From positions 1 through 33,544 of the forward strand of contig JBGPIL010000001.1 in assembly GCA_041484905.1 (NCBI GenBank): DNA of 33,544 nt, read 5' to 3'. A model generated the notes under the pieces. That model had not been told where the DNA came from. It made no database searches and saw nothing but the letters and a program-made list of their open reading frames with translations. A program made the translations under genes and the position numbers. Positions 25,001 to 30,619 of this stretch are shown here, one piece after another. Numbering within the stretch: the stretch's first letter is position 1; each line of letters begins with the position of its first letter. This stretch comes from Nitrospiria bacterium (GTDB lineage: Bacteria > Nitrospirota > Nitrospiria > JACQCE01).

Positions 25001-28000
25001 CGCTTCTGCACCTCATCGGTGCCGTGCGGTTCCCCCAGTTCACCGGATATCACGCTCGGCGCTCGAACGGTGCTCAGCGGATCGATCACCTACAATAGCT
25101 CGCTCTCGGTTGCGCCAACGGCCGCCGTCGGCAACTGGAACGTGACAATCATCAACACGTCCGCATCGGTCGGCACCGTGACCGGCGCGGCCATCTTCAC
25201 CATCGTCGCCGGCCCCACGGTGATGACAGCCATTCCCAGTCAGTTTGTGACCGGCACCTCCGGCACCGTCGTCCTGTTGGGGAGCAACTTTCAGACAGGG
25301 GCGACCGCCGACTTCGGCGCCGGCGTCACGGTTACCACGCCCTGCACCGTGGGCAGCTCGACGCAGATGAGTTGCGGTATCACCGTGAGCGCTGTGGCGG
25401 CCGCCGGCGCCCGGACAGTCACGATCATCAATCCGTCGCCGCCGACCGGGAACGCGGGGCAGGGAAGCACTGCGGGCCTCTTCACGCTGATCGGCCCGCC
25501 GGTCCTGACCGATACCGCCTGCGGCAGCGTGACGCCCACCCCCTGCGAAGTGGGGCAAGGCGCGACAAAGACCATCACAATCGATGGCAGCCAGTTCACG
25601 GCGACGCCGACCGTGACCTTTACCAAGACGGCATCAACCGGCTCGGTGACCGTCAACTCGGTGACGTTCGTCAGCTCGACCCAATTGTCGGTGAGCGTGA
25701 CGGTCAGCGCCAATGCGACGGTAGGCCTCTGGGATGCGACTGTCACCAGTCCGACCGGCGGGTCGGTCACCAGCAATACGGACCCCAAGCGACTGAGCGT
25801 GGCGGCCGGCCCGCCCACGGTGACGAGCACCAGTTGCCCGTCGGGCACTCCCTGCGCGAAGTCGAGCTCCGCGACGGTGACGATCAACGGGACGAATTTC
25901 AGCAATGGCGGCGGTGCCCCGACGGTCTGCTTCAGCGGCGTCGGCATGCCTGCCTGCCCGATCACGGCCACCTACGTGAACAGCACCCAGTTGACCGTCA
26001 CCATCGATGACACCGGTGCGGCGGTCGGCGCTCACGACGTCACCGTGACGCTGGCCAACGGCGGAACGGCGACCGGCGCCGGTCTCTTTGTGCTCAGCGG
26101 CACACCGACGATTACGTCGGTCGTGGCCGCGACCAGCGCCACCAACACCGCGGCGCAGGGCCTGGTCAACGAGCTGATCACGATCAACGGCGCCAATTTT
26201 GTGAGCGCGCCGACGGTCAGTTTCAGCGGCGACGGCATCACGCCCGTCAGCCCGATCACGGCCACGTTTGTCAACGCCACCCAGGTGACCGTGACCATCA
26301 CGATTGCCGCCACCGCCACGATCGGCGCCCGGACCGTGACCGTGACCAACCCCGACGGTTCGACCGTGACGGGCCCCTCGACGCTGACCATCACCGACCC
26401 CGGGAGCTACGCCGCCTTTTGCCCTGGCGGCAACGTGACGGTGACCGGTTCGACGACTTTGACCTTTGCCGCGCCGGGCCCGGCTTACGTCTGTAATAAT
26501 GTCACGGTGAATGGTGGCGGGGTCTTAACGATCGAAAATGGCGTGACCCTTGCTGTCAATACGCTCCTGACGGTTGGCGGGGCAACCGCCGGCACCGTCA
26601 GCATCGCCTTCCAGAGCGCCTCAACGACCGACTACGGCCGGATCAATGCGAATAATATTACGGTCAACTCCAACGGTGTGATCTCGGCCGATGGGCTGGG
26701 CTGCCCGGGCAGCCAGTCGGCGCAGGATGCGGGCGGCTGTGCGGATCTGCGGACGACCGGGCAGGATACCAACAGCCTCTACCGGGAAGGCGGGGACTCC
26801 GGAGGCACCGGAGGCGGCGGGGCGCATGGCGGCGCAGGCGGCGATGGGGATACAGCCAACTCGGGGGGTAAGCAGACGTATGGGAATGCCCTGGCGCCGG
26901 TCTTGCTCGGCAGCGGCGGGGGGTTATATAGCGGGACGGGCGGCAACGGGGGCGGGGCGATCCGCTTGGATCTGGGTGGGGGTCTGACGATCAATGGCCA
27001 GATCAGCGCGAAGGGCGCCAGGAGCTCGTTTCAGGGGGGCGGCAGCGGCGGGAGTATCTATATTACGATGGTGGGGACGTTGACGGGGACGGGGACGATC
27101 GCGGCCGACGGGGCGGGGCAAGGGGGGAGCGGCCGGGGCGGCGGGGGCGGCGGGGGGCGGGTGGCGCTCTATTACAGCAATTTTGGGACGATGCCGACGG
27201 TGACGGCGGCCGGCGGGGACAATCTGGGCGGGAATGCGCCGGGGGCGGCGGGGACGGTGACGCTGGTGATCGTTGATAATCAGCCCCCTGCGCCGATCTC
27301 GCCGTTGAAGCTGGTGCCCTTATCGGTGACCTCCGTATCGGCCAAGCTGCAATGGACGGCGACGGGGAATAACGGTGCGCTGGGCACGGCGACCGTCTAT
27401 GATCTGCGGTATGTCGTCGGCGCGGCGGCTGTCATGAGCGACACCTCGTATCAGACGGCGTTTCAAGTGGGTGGAGTGCCGGCGCCGGCCGTGTCGGGCA
27501 CGGTCCAGAGCTTCACGGTGACCGGGTTGACGCCGGCCACGAACTACTGTTTTGCGATCAAGGCCAGCGATGCGGCCGGCAATATCGGCGCGCTGGATGT
27601 GACGGGGACTTATTCAATAGATGGGACGGACGGCACGACGTCCACCGCCTGCTTCACGACTCAGGCGCCCGATACGACGCCGCCGGCGGCGGTGAGCGAC
27701 CTTGCGACGGCATTGGTGACAAGCGGGGGCTACACTTATACCGACCGGGTGAAGTTGACCTGGACGGCCGTGGGCGATGACAACAACAGCGGCACGGCCA
27801 CAAGTTATGAGCTGCGCTATTCGACTTCACCGATCAACGCCGGTAACTTTGCCTCAGCGGTCTTGGTCTCCGGCGTGCCCGCGCCGTCAATCGCCGGCAC
27901 CTACCCGGAACCTGCGCCCAGCGGCTTCATCATGACCGGCCTGCAATCGGGCCTGACCTATTACTTCGCGATCAAGGTGAAGGATGAGGTGCCCAATACC

Positions 28001-29524
28001 TCCCCGCTCTCCAACGTGCCCTCGCAGCCGATTCCGCTCGATACGACGCCGCCGGCCGCCATCACCACACTGGCCCTCGGCACCGTGACCGCCAGTTCGA
28101 TCGATCTGACCTTCACCTCGCCGGGCGATGACGGCTCGCCGGCGCCCTGTCCCTGCGGCACGCCGGTGAGCTATATCGTGAAATATTCGACCACGGCGAT
28201 CGGCGACCAAACGGCCTTTAATGCGGCCGCGACCTTTGGCGGTTCACTCGTGCCGCTGGCCGCGGGCCAGTCGCAGTCGGTCACGGTCGGCGGGTTGACC
28301 CCGGCCACGACCTATTACTTTGCGGTCGAAGCGGTCGATGAGAAGGGCAATCAGGGCGGACTGAGCAACATCCCGGTGACGGCGACGACGCTGACGGTGC
28401 TGGACACTATCCCGCCGGGGGCGATCACCGACCTGCAGGTGGTGGCGGTGACCGACAGAACCGTCCAGCTCCAGTGGACGGCCAAGGGCAACGACGGCGA
28501 TGCGGTCGGTACCGCGCTGGCCTATGATCTGCGCTGGTCGCATAAACCGATCAAGGACCCGGCCGATCCCACCTGGAATGCTCAGACGGATACGGCGTTT
28601 GATAGCGCCACGCCGGTGACGCCGGCTCCGCCGCTGCCCGGCCCGCCGGGCTCCGGCCAGTCGATGACCGTGACGCTCGAATCGGTCCAGTTCATGACGT
28701 CGAACACGGCCTACTACTTTGCGATCAAGGCGATCGACGGCGGCGGCAACCGGTCGACGCTCGTCGACAGCAACAACCATACCGTGACGGGCGTGTTGAC
28801 GAACAGCAACGTGGATGGGAGCTGCGCGGTTCCCTACTGCAGCGCGCGGACGGCGCAGCGGATACAGTGGGACCTCGTCTCGGTGCCGTTGCAAGGGCCG
28901 CTGTCGCCCACCACGATCTTCGGCCCGATTGACGGCCAGACCGATCCGTGCGGCGCCGGCGATCTGCCGTGTCTCTATTCGTGGCTCTCGACGGGCCTGA
29001 CGGCCGCCGACGGCAGCTATCAGCTGATGGATCCCTGCCCGTCCAACTGTGTCACGGCGGGCCAGGGCTATTTCTTCTACACGCTCAGCCTCGTGCCGCT
29101 GACGGCCAGCGGGACGGTGGTGGCCGGCGATTCTCCGGATGCGCACCTGGGCGTAACGCACTTCCATCTGCCGTTGCAGCAGGGCTGGAATATCATCGGC
29201 AATCCGTTCCAGGGGACGTCGTCCAATGGAGACGTGCTGTTGTCCAGCACCTCTGTGCGCAAGATCGGCGCGACCTGCAGCCCCTCCACGTCGGATACGG
29301 TCTACCCATTTGCCACCGCCGTCGACCCCAACGGAATCCCGAATGACGGCGATGAATGGGTCGGCAATGCGATCTATGTCCTGACCGCCGGCGACGGGGC
29401 GACCTTCAATGCCGCGGCGTACAATGACACGACGCCTGCTGTTTTGGAGCCGTGGCAGTCTTACTGGTTCCAGGTCCTCAAGAATGATTGCAGCTATGAG
29501 TTGTTGATCCCGAAGCCGAATTGA
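13067..29524 (+). CDS. Giant (5,485-aa) secreted multidomain surface/adhesin-like protein
   Basis: The tracked ORF is 12863..29524. The ATG at 13067 gives a classical signal peptide, MKKRDASLLVRSHVVVLGLAFLSFFIALPDKAQA|A; alternative starts are 12872 and 12975.
Domains by motif:
- About 13170-18050: autotransporter-associated beta-strand (PATR) repeats (GTLTLSGANTYTGTTTVNAGTL...).
- 19197-20250, 21955-22680 and 24550-26400: IPT/TIG-like arrays (P.VTSV.P.SG..G....V.I.G.NF).
- 21010-21520 and 23760-24330: LamG/ConA-like domains.
- 22690-23750: W-rich propeller-like repeats.
- 26690-27260: Gly-rich module.
- 27285-28790: four FN3-like modules (DTTPP linkers, Y[DE]LR[YW]S).
- 28790-29521: unassigned C-terminal domain. 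Confidence 0.9.
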   Translation: MKKRDASLLVRSHVVVLGLAFLSFFIALPDKAQAATKDWSCTAATTAWATGSNWVGGVAPTNDLTTDIARFNCTSYTSQPNAGTTSIAGIVIGDGATATAALTISGTALSIGASGVVKNAASGTATISTATTLGAALPFTNNSATLLTVGAGAITNGANLLTVNGSGNVTITGVIGNGAGGVTMSGTGTLTLQGANTYSGVTTLNAGTLKATTSASALGAGTLTLAGGTLQLANAATLSFGRNTTVTANSAIISDKLAAGAGVTFTLGTLSIGANTLTISAGTNATSGTAGITFGAVTLTGAATINSATAASGSSAVSLVTLSGGVTNGGFLLTLGGAGNTTSSLVAISGAGGVTKNDAGTLTYSIAETYTGATTINGGTVLANATNAIGSSSAVTVASGATLDLRFADTIGSLAGAGTVTKGAVGAITLTVGGDNTSTTFSGVIQNGSGTLAVTKTGTGNQTFSGANTYSGTTTVSAGTLTAANTQALGTGTLTLSGGTLDLATDTSINAYNTTVSLTSTIISDRATAGAAVTHTLGTLTISANQTLNLTLGGNVTSGTAGLTFGTTTLSNVGVVFNTAASTNLTLGALTGNFSFSKQNSGQLTLNTASARTSGAVTLSGGTTVLGDPSALGTTGVTLTLSGGTLDLATDSSVNAYNTTLSAGTTNGIVSDRATAGAAITHTLGTLSTNNAQLNVTVGGNVTSGTAGLTFGTTTLVAATPIFDTAANTNLTLGAVGGNVAFTKQNSGQLTLNTASTRTLAAGTTTLTAGTLKLGTGNALNTVASSLNLNGGTLVLAVDANTTFNGTNVVAGGGTVQVNRATAGAGVTDTLGTLSIGNVQLNVTVGGNVTSGTAGLTFGATTLSAATPIFDTASSTNLTLGALSGNFAFTKQNSGQLTLNTASARTLGAVTLAGGTTVLGASTALGSAAVPLTLSGGTLDLAINGSVSSHNTTVTADTTIISDRATAGAGVTHALGGLTIGAQTLTISAGANVTSGTAGVSFGASLGTTLTGAATFISASSSPAVSLLTVRGGNAGANTMTFDGAGDSTVWITGFSGTGGLVKNGSGTLTLSINNSYSGTTTINAGTVTENIAGGALAGAVTIAGGTLDMAAISDTVGAVTLTSGSITGTTGVLTGSSYTVESGTISAILGGGGITLTKNTAGTVTLSGANTYTGTTTVNAGTLVATTSASALGTGSLTLAGGTLQLVDDAGLAFNRNTTVTTTSTIISDRATPGAGVTHTLGTLSIGNFQLNVTAGGNVTSGTAGLTFGNTTLSAATPIFDTASSTNLTLGALSGNFAFTKQNSGQLTLNTASGRSSGTVTLAGGTTVLGNASALGTTGVPLTLSGGTLDWAIDTSGNAYNTTVTADSAIVSDRATTGAGVTHTLGTLSIGAQLTISAGATNVTSGTAGITFGATTLTGPATINSASSSPASLLTLGAVTNGANLFTFTGAGDSTVAGVLGNGSGGVTKNGTGTLTLSAANTYTGVTTINNGVVAAGNAAALGATGSGTVVNGGTLDLNGQAVGAEPVTLNGTGFASGGAVINGSGTAASLSGAVTLGSASSLGGTGDMTLSGGITGGAFTLTKTGSGTTTLSGTVGVGALVLNGGTLAGGSSALTVAGNVSGSGGMSFTTGTLTIGGDNTASGPFAAGTGTVIYSNAGAHTVRGMTYHHLTVTGGGTFSLNVITTVGGDFTIGASTIFQTASVPMSVGGNWANNGTFTAGTGMVTLNGTALQTLSGALTGTSAFYDLTITNTSGADPSVCVGPGPDPTFTPGVTFSVAAKTTNTFAISGGNVRVQYLAGATYAFTNVNWSVPSTSNKITFRSSTLGTPWLLNVPGLQLAAFYVDVKDSNNVIPPSANPIGVLNGTDCGNNTNWTFGTSTNWTATNPSVLGFDLTSDTNPAVPSSMEITGSVLQLKDQSPSSPAFSTSYVEAVTVPFGAGLMIVRWDKVVIELLGADFGVVKVGYEFSTNGGGSWTCVDCDPTNAAAPERFPTNATINLGEILPLGGTPGSNLIKFHIYMKSDTGSARSHTVGSLSLSFNQTLAVTSTNPSSQLQGVTQVVQIIGQNFLSGAIPTIGNTGSGVLVTGVSYSSQNRLDATVAVSSVASVGARDVVVTNPGGSAVCSNCFSVTFNPNAPPVVTAITPDHRTQGETAQTVTIDGGNFIDGSSLSFSTTAITVDSVTINPACISGSPCTSFTAVISIAQNALPGSYYVTVTAPGGASGTSDSPLFTIDAGPQVTSVVPASGTPGTTIPAVINGANFESGATASFGAGVTNNCAYTSAVLLTCTTVQIGAAALPGTRDVTVTNPTGGTIRGSGTKTAGFLVSTTPNPVSVTPPLLGPGATGQSLTVNSPTATFASGATVTFGKPTVDLFNLCSNFTFASPASIGCVLPQELAATGSTKALYHFDAGSGSTAADSSGSGNTGTISTTTRLYLHEASDTAAGLPDGEQSTDTANVNWTAANTIRQMTETIGSAQQSPSANTLAQTAQQLHFIRMWTSPPLAAQTIPNTTTWTLNFARLENNGSANFLARVHLYVWRPGTATKVGTIIAPTTWGTTGCNPATTPATCSENSSSSAEQSYHWTAIAGGNVTVQEGDRLVLEWWGDLTQGSATTYSLKGYYDGAAVTTATNTTVTSQASFLEASQPFALSSAWTAMGKYSPALTFDGNSDYVNVPDSATLSLTGNFSLEAWIRTNLNTVQQGIIEKFDAAGTNGYALRLTAAGKLQAVTYGAASSATVTGATTVTSGAWHHVAAVYNGATIKVYLDGAEDGSAAAAVNPTNGTNSLRIGAGGGTAGGFYFNGIIDELAIFNAALPATGAGSVQEHYLDGVRAIQLLGSAPYTTAPQTATSAAFGSGYSIQSWNTLQVTSSGTNDGPTTIKIAYSKDGGASFVSSSGGAAFSDGGTTVTGGVQVISLCNTATCVNASDATQNRIKVQVTEASGTGANRPYDVNQMKLSWTPTTGITIVSPFTTNGAGTGVSFAVNVANNLAQAVPTTFDVTVTNPDTAAGTCVDCFMVAESLSFSPSSLGQGAQNRSVTITGSGFQPGLAVDFGDANITNNCVYSSSTQITCSAVNVGGAATTGVKTVNVTSGGNVIGTGLFTVNPHPATLSLTPASALANTSNLLVTLNGANFQSGATVTFSDSLITQHGSSNYQTIPTTFVSSSQLTASIDIGAATTGYRAVVVTNTAGDGGVGQGAYFYVGALSTTGGMVAYGVSGSADPKFRLLQSDGNWTSEMGIGSYSGEPRWTVLRSNPLSLEKALAIVDTNRALTLLMWGGSGWSAPVTATASSGPTIYAARSVDLAYESVSGRALAVYGVTGSALPRYRIWDGTAWSAEASVSSTLSTGGAPTWVRLVSRPGTNEIVLVYQDTGGGIDALVWNGSAFGNEQVLTTTAPNSPNVQLADAAAEQLACGAACRVLVVWTGQSQATPVSRVWNGSWGVQQGVPISFSSSLGSLRSVRLAADPASQDIALGVTATGGQLSLSFWHSAAWATSGTAAPQTVATILPSSLVSQGRPFDLTWQGAYSGIPSRLYVVYGDVAPMARNWTGVAGWSAETNMVSTSALLGQYHMDETSNPLLDSSGNGKDLTLTTTSMTGQPGIAGQSVVFGSGVSASASNTSALGVSGAVLTMSAWVYPNSFPSQAIILNKESSYGMGINGGQLQAEIMTNPGSGCSWSWVGSTALTLNVWQHVAVTYDGSNIKFYVNGLLTQTISKTGTICTSANAFMIGARPAGSNFIGRIDEVRILNAAMTPPAMLQLAADQRGSLNLWVGQLNEAPALQTILGSGAAWSAPVSIAAPASGAQFVSPNTVYPESSMLAMAAGTGAPILAIFGASPGSAYQGQTLDVTVSGANFVCPAGPLSCDMTSNPTTATQITSFGDPNITIASGTVHTDTQTIVVTITIGAPASVGFDNITAVNPDATSATGANLFQVLSILSVVSTTCGTVTDCVLGQGAQNQTVTISGNGFHDFSVTDTEARFCTSSVPCGSPSSPDITLGARTVLSGSITYNSSLSVAPTAAVGNWNVTIINTSASVGTVTGAAIFTIVAGPTVMTAIPSQFVTGTSGTVVLLGSNFQTGATADFGAGVTVTTPCTVGSSTQMSCGITVSAVAAAGARTVTIINPSPPTGNAGQGSTAGLFTLIGPPVLTDTACGSVTPTPCEVGQGATKTITIDGSQFTATPTVTFTKTASTGSVTVNSVTFVSSTQLSVSVTVSANATVGLWDATVTSPTGGSVTSNTDPKRLSVAAGPPTVTSTSCPSGTPCAKSSSATVTINGTNFSNGGGAPTVCFSGVGMPACPITATYVNSTQLTVTIDDTGAAVGAHDVTVTLANGGTATGAGLFVLSGTPTITSVVAATSATNTAAQGLVNELITINGANFVSAPTVSFSGDGITPVSPITATFVNATQVTVTITIAATATIGARTVTVTNPDGSTVTGPSTLTITDPGSYAAFCPGGNVTVTGSTTLTFAAPGPAYVCNNVTVNGGGVLTIENGVTLAVNTLLTVGGATAGTVSIAFQSASTTDYGRINANNITVNSNGVISADGLGCPGSQSAQDAGGCADLRTTGQDTNSLYREGGDSGGTGGGGAHGGAGGDGDTANSGGKQTYGNALAPVLLGSGGGLYSGTGGNGGGAIRLDLGGGLTINGQISAKGARSSFQGGGSGGSIYITMVGTLTGTGTIAADGAGQGGSGRGGGGGGGRVALYYSNFGTMPTVTAAGGDNLGGNAPGAAGTVTLVIVDNQPPAPISPLKLVPLSVTSVSAKLQWTATGNNGALGTATVYDLRYVVGAAAVMSDTSYQTAFQVGGVPAPAVSGTVQSFTVTGLTPATNYCFAIKASDAAGNIGALDVTGTYSIDGTDGTTSTACFTTQAPDTTPPAAVSDLATALVTSGGYTYTDRVKLTWTAVGDDNNSGTATSYELRYSTSPINAGNFASAVLVSGVPAPSIAGTYPEPAPSGFIMTGLQSGLTYYFAIKVKDEVPNTSPLSNVPSQPIPLDTTPPAAITTLALGTVTASSIDLTFTSPGDDGSPAPCPCGTPVSYIVKYSTTAIGDQTAFNAAATFGGSLVPLAAGQSQSVTVGGLTPATTYYFAVEAVDEKGNQGGLSNIPVTATTLTVLDTIPPGAITDLQVVAVTDRTVQLQWTAKGNDGDAVGTALAYDLRWSHKPIKDPADPTWNAQTDTAFDSATPVTPAPPLPGPPGSGQSMTVTLESVQFMTSNTAYYFAIKAIDGGGNRSTLVDSNNHTVTGVLTNSNVDGSCAVPYCSARTAQRIQWDLVSVPLQGPLSPTTIFGPIDGQTDPCGAGDLPCLYSWLSTGLTAADGSYQLMDPCPSNCVTAGQGYFFYTLSLVPLTASGTVVAGDSPDAHLGVTHFHLPLQQGWNIIGNPFQGTSSNGDVLLSSTSVRKIGATCSPSTSDTVYPFATAVDPNGIPNDGDEWVGNAIYVLTAGDGATFNAAAYNDTTPAVLEPWQSYWFQVLKNDCSYELLIPKPN
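13640..17300 (+). repeat. Intragenic long imperfect DNA repeats (PATR modules)
   Basis: The block GG(C/T)GGCAA(T/C)GT(G/C)AC(C/G)AGCGG(C/G)ACGGCGGGGCTGACGTTTGG recurs near 14741, 15171, 15611 and 16841, with relatives near 13920, 16050 and 17280. About 220 nt at 15556-15780 is roughly 85-90% identical by eye to 16790-17010. 13660-13920 resembles 16590-16810. Confidence 0.75.
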
Positions 29525-29533
29525 GGAAAAGAA

Positions 29534-29568
29534 GGGGTTCGGTAGGCGGTAGGCAGTAGGCGGGGATT
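29534..29568. repeat. Tandem heptanucleotide array (about 5 units)
   Basis: GGGGTTC GGTAGGC GGTAGGC AGTAGGC GGGGATT, starting 10 nt after the TGA of the giant gene. Confidence 0.6.
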
Positions 29569-29595
29569 GAAGGAAATGAAAGGGGTGTTCCAGAG

Positions 29596-30447
29596 ATGAA
29601 GACAAGCAGAGTCATAAGGAGTCTTTTCTTCCGGCTTCCGGCTCTGGGTTTCTTTGCTCTTTTCCTGGCTACAGCCTACTGGCTCCTGCCTTCTGCCGTA
29701 CTCGCCTCCGACTGGCAGCTCGGCCTCACAATCAGCGTGCCGTTCGTGGACGGGGAAGGGGGGAAGGCAACCCAGGTGTTGACCAGCGGCGCCCGGCTCA
29801 CGGCGCTGGATGGGTATGACAACACGTGGGATACGGTGACGCTCAACAGCAGCACGGCGATGGTGGCCTACTTTTATCATCCGGAATTTGCGCCGGATCT
29901 CCAGTTGTTGGCCCGAGATTTTCGATTCGACAGTTATCCCCAACAATGGGATTTCTATGTCAGCTCCGATCAGAACGGCCAGCCGGTGACGATGGCGTTG
30001 AGTTCGCCGTACCCCGCGCTGGGAAGTTGTTTGGGGATGACGCTCAGCCTGATGGATGTCACGGCGGGGACGCCAGTCGATCTAACCCAGTCGGCCTACG
30101 TCTATACCAACAATGCGGCGGTGACCCGCCATTTTCAATTGACGGCCACACAGACCGTGGAAACGCCACCGTCGGCACCGGCAAATCTTTTCAGCCCCAG
30201 AACCGGGACAACTTCCGTTCTATTGGCTTGGACGGGGAGCCTGCCCGCCAACGGCGGCTACTATGTCTATCGCAAGGATCCCGACACGGCGGCCTATCAC
30301 CGGGTGACCACAACCCTGCTCTCGGTGGCGAAATATCTGGATAGCGGCCTCCTGCCCGGCTCCTACTCCTACCTGGTCACCACCGCGACGACCACCGGCT
30401 GCGAGAGCGGTCCCTCCAACGGGGTGACCGTCACGGTCGGCCCGTAA
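29596..30447 (+). CDS. Exported hypothetical protein with C-terminal FN3-like domain
   Basis: SD-like AAAGGGGTG lies upstream. The N-terminus is a hydrophobic signal/anchor (LFFRLPALGFFALFLATAYWLLPSAVLASD). C-terminal module: PPSAPANLFSPRTGTTSVLLAWTGS...GGYYVYRKD...LDSGLLPGSYSYLVTT. Confidence 0.75.
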   Translation: MKTSRVIRSLFFRLPALGFFALFLATAYWLLPSAVLASDWQLGLTISVPFVDGEGGKATQVLTSGARLTALDGYDNTWDTVTLNSSTAMVAYFYHPEFAPDLQLLARDFRFDSYPQQWDFYVSSDQNGQPVTMALSSPYPALGSCLGMTLSLMDVTAGTPVDLTQSAYVYTNNAAVTRHFQLTATQTVETPPSAPANLFSPRTGTTSVLLAWTGSLPANGGYYVYRKDPDTAAYHRVTTTLLSVAKYLDSGLLPGSYSYLVTTATTTGCESGPSNGVTVTVGP

Positions 30448-30450
30448 TGA

Positions 30451-30564
30451 GTTCATGGTTCGTAGTTGGTTCATAGTTCACCGTTCATAGTTCATAGCAA
30501 GTTCTTGACTTGGCCATGAACCGTGAACCAGTAACCGTGAACTAACTGGCCGTGAACCGTGAAC
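30451..30564 (+). repeat. Heptamer-built inverted-repeat element, copy D
   Basis: Left arm GTTCATG GTTCGTA (GTTG) GTTCATA GTTCACC GTTCATA GTTCATA (30451-30496). The 18-nt spacer is GCAAGTTCTTGACTTGGC. Right arm CATGAAC CGTGAAC CAGTAAC CGTGAAC (TAACTGGC) CGTGAAC CGTGAAC (30515-30564). It begins 3 nt after the TAA at 30445-47. Confidence 0.8.
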
Positions 30565-30619
30565 GCATTCCCTGCTTGCCTCTGAAGAAGCCGCTGCGCC
30601 ATAATAAGCCGTCCGTGGA

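Noticed and set aside
13300-29605. Many long antisense or alternative-frame ORFs inside the giant gene, for example 20792..23398 (-) 868 aa, 14390..15754 (-) 454 aa, 28244..29605 (-) 453 aa and 17969..18823 (-).
   Set aside because: They are Arg/Gly/Pro/Ala-rich low-complexity translations typical of open off-frames in GC-rich DNA, with no signal peptides or motifs. The + frame carries continuous, recognisable PATR, IPT, LamG and FN3 domains.
30497-30535. A promoter for the cytochrome gene using TTGACT in the spacer of element copy D.
   Set aside because: There is no acceptable -10 hexamer 16-19 nt downstream (CCAGTA or CAGTAA). The equivalent spacer in copy E lacks the motif.
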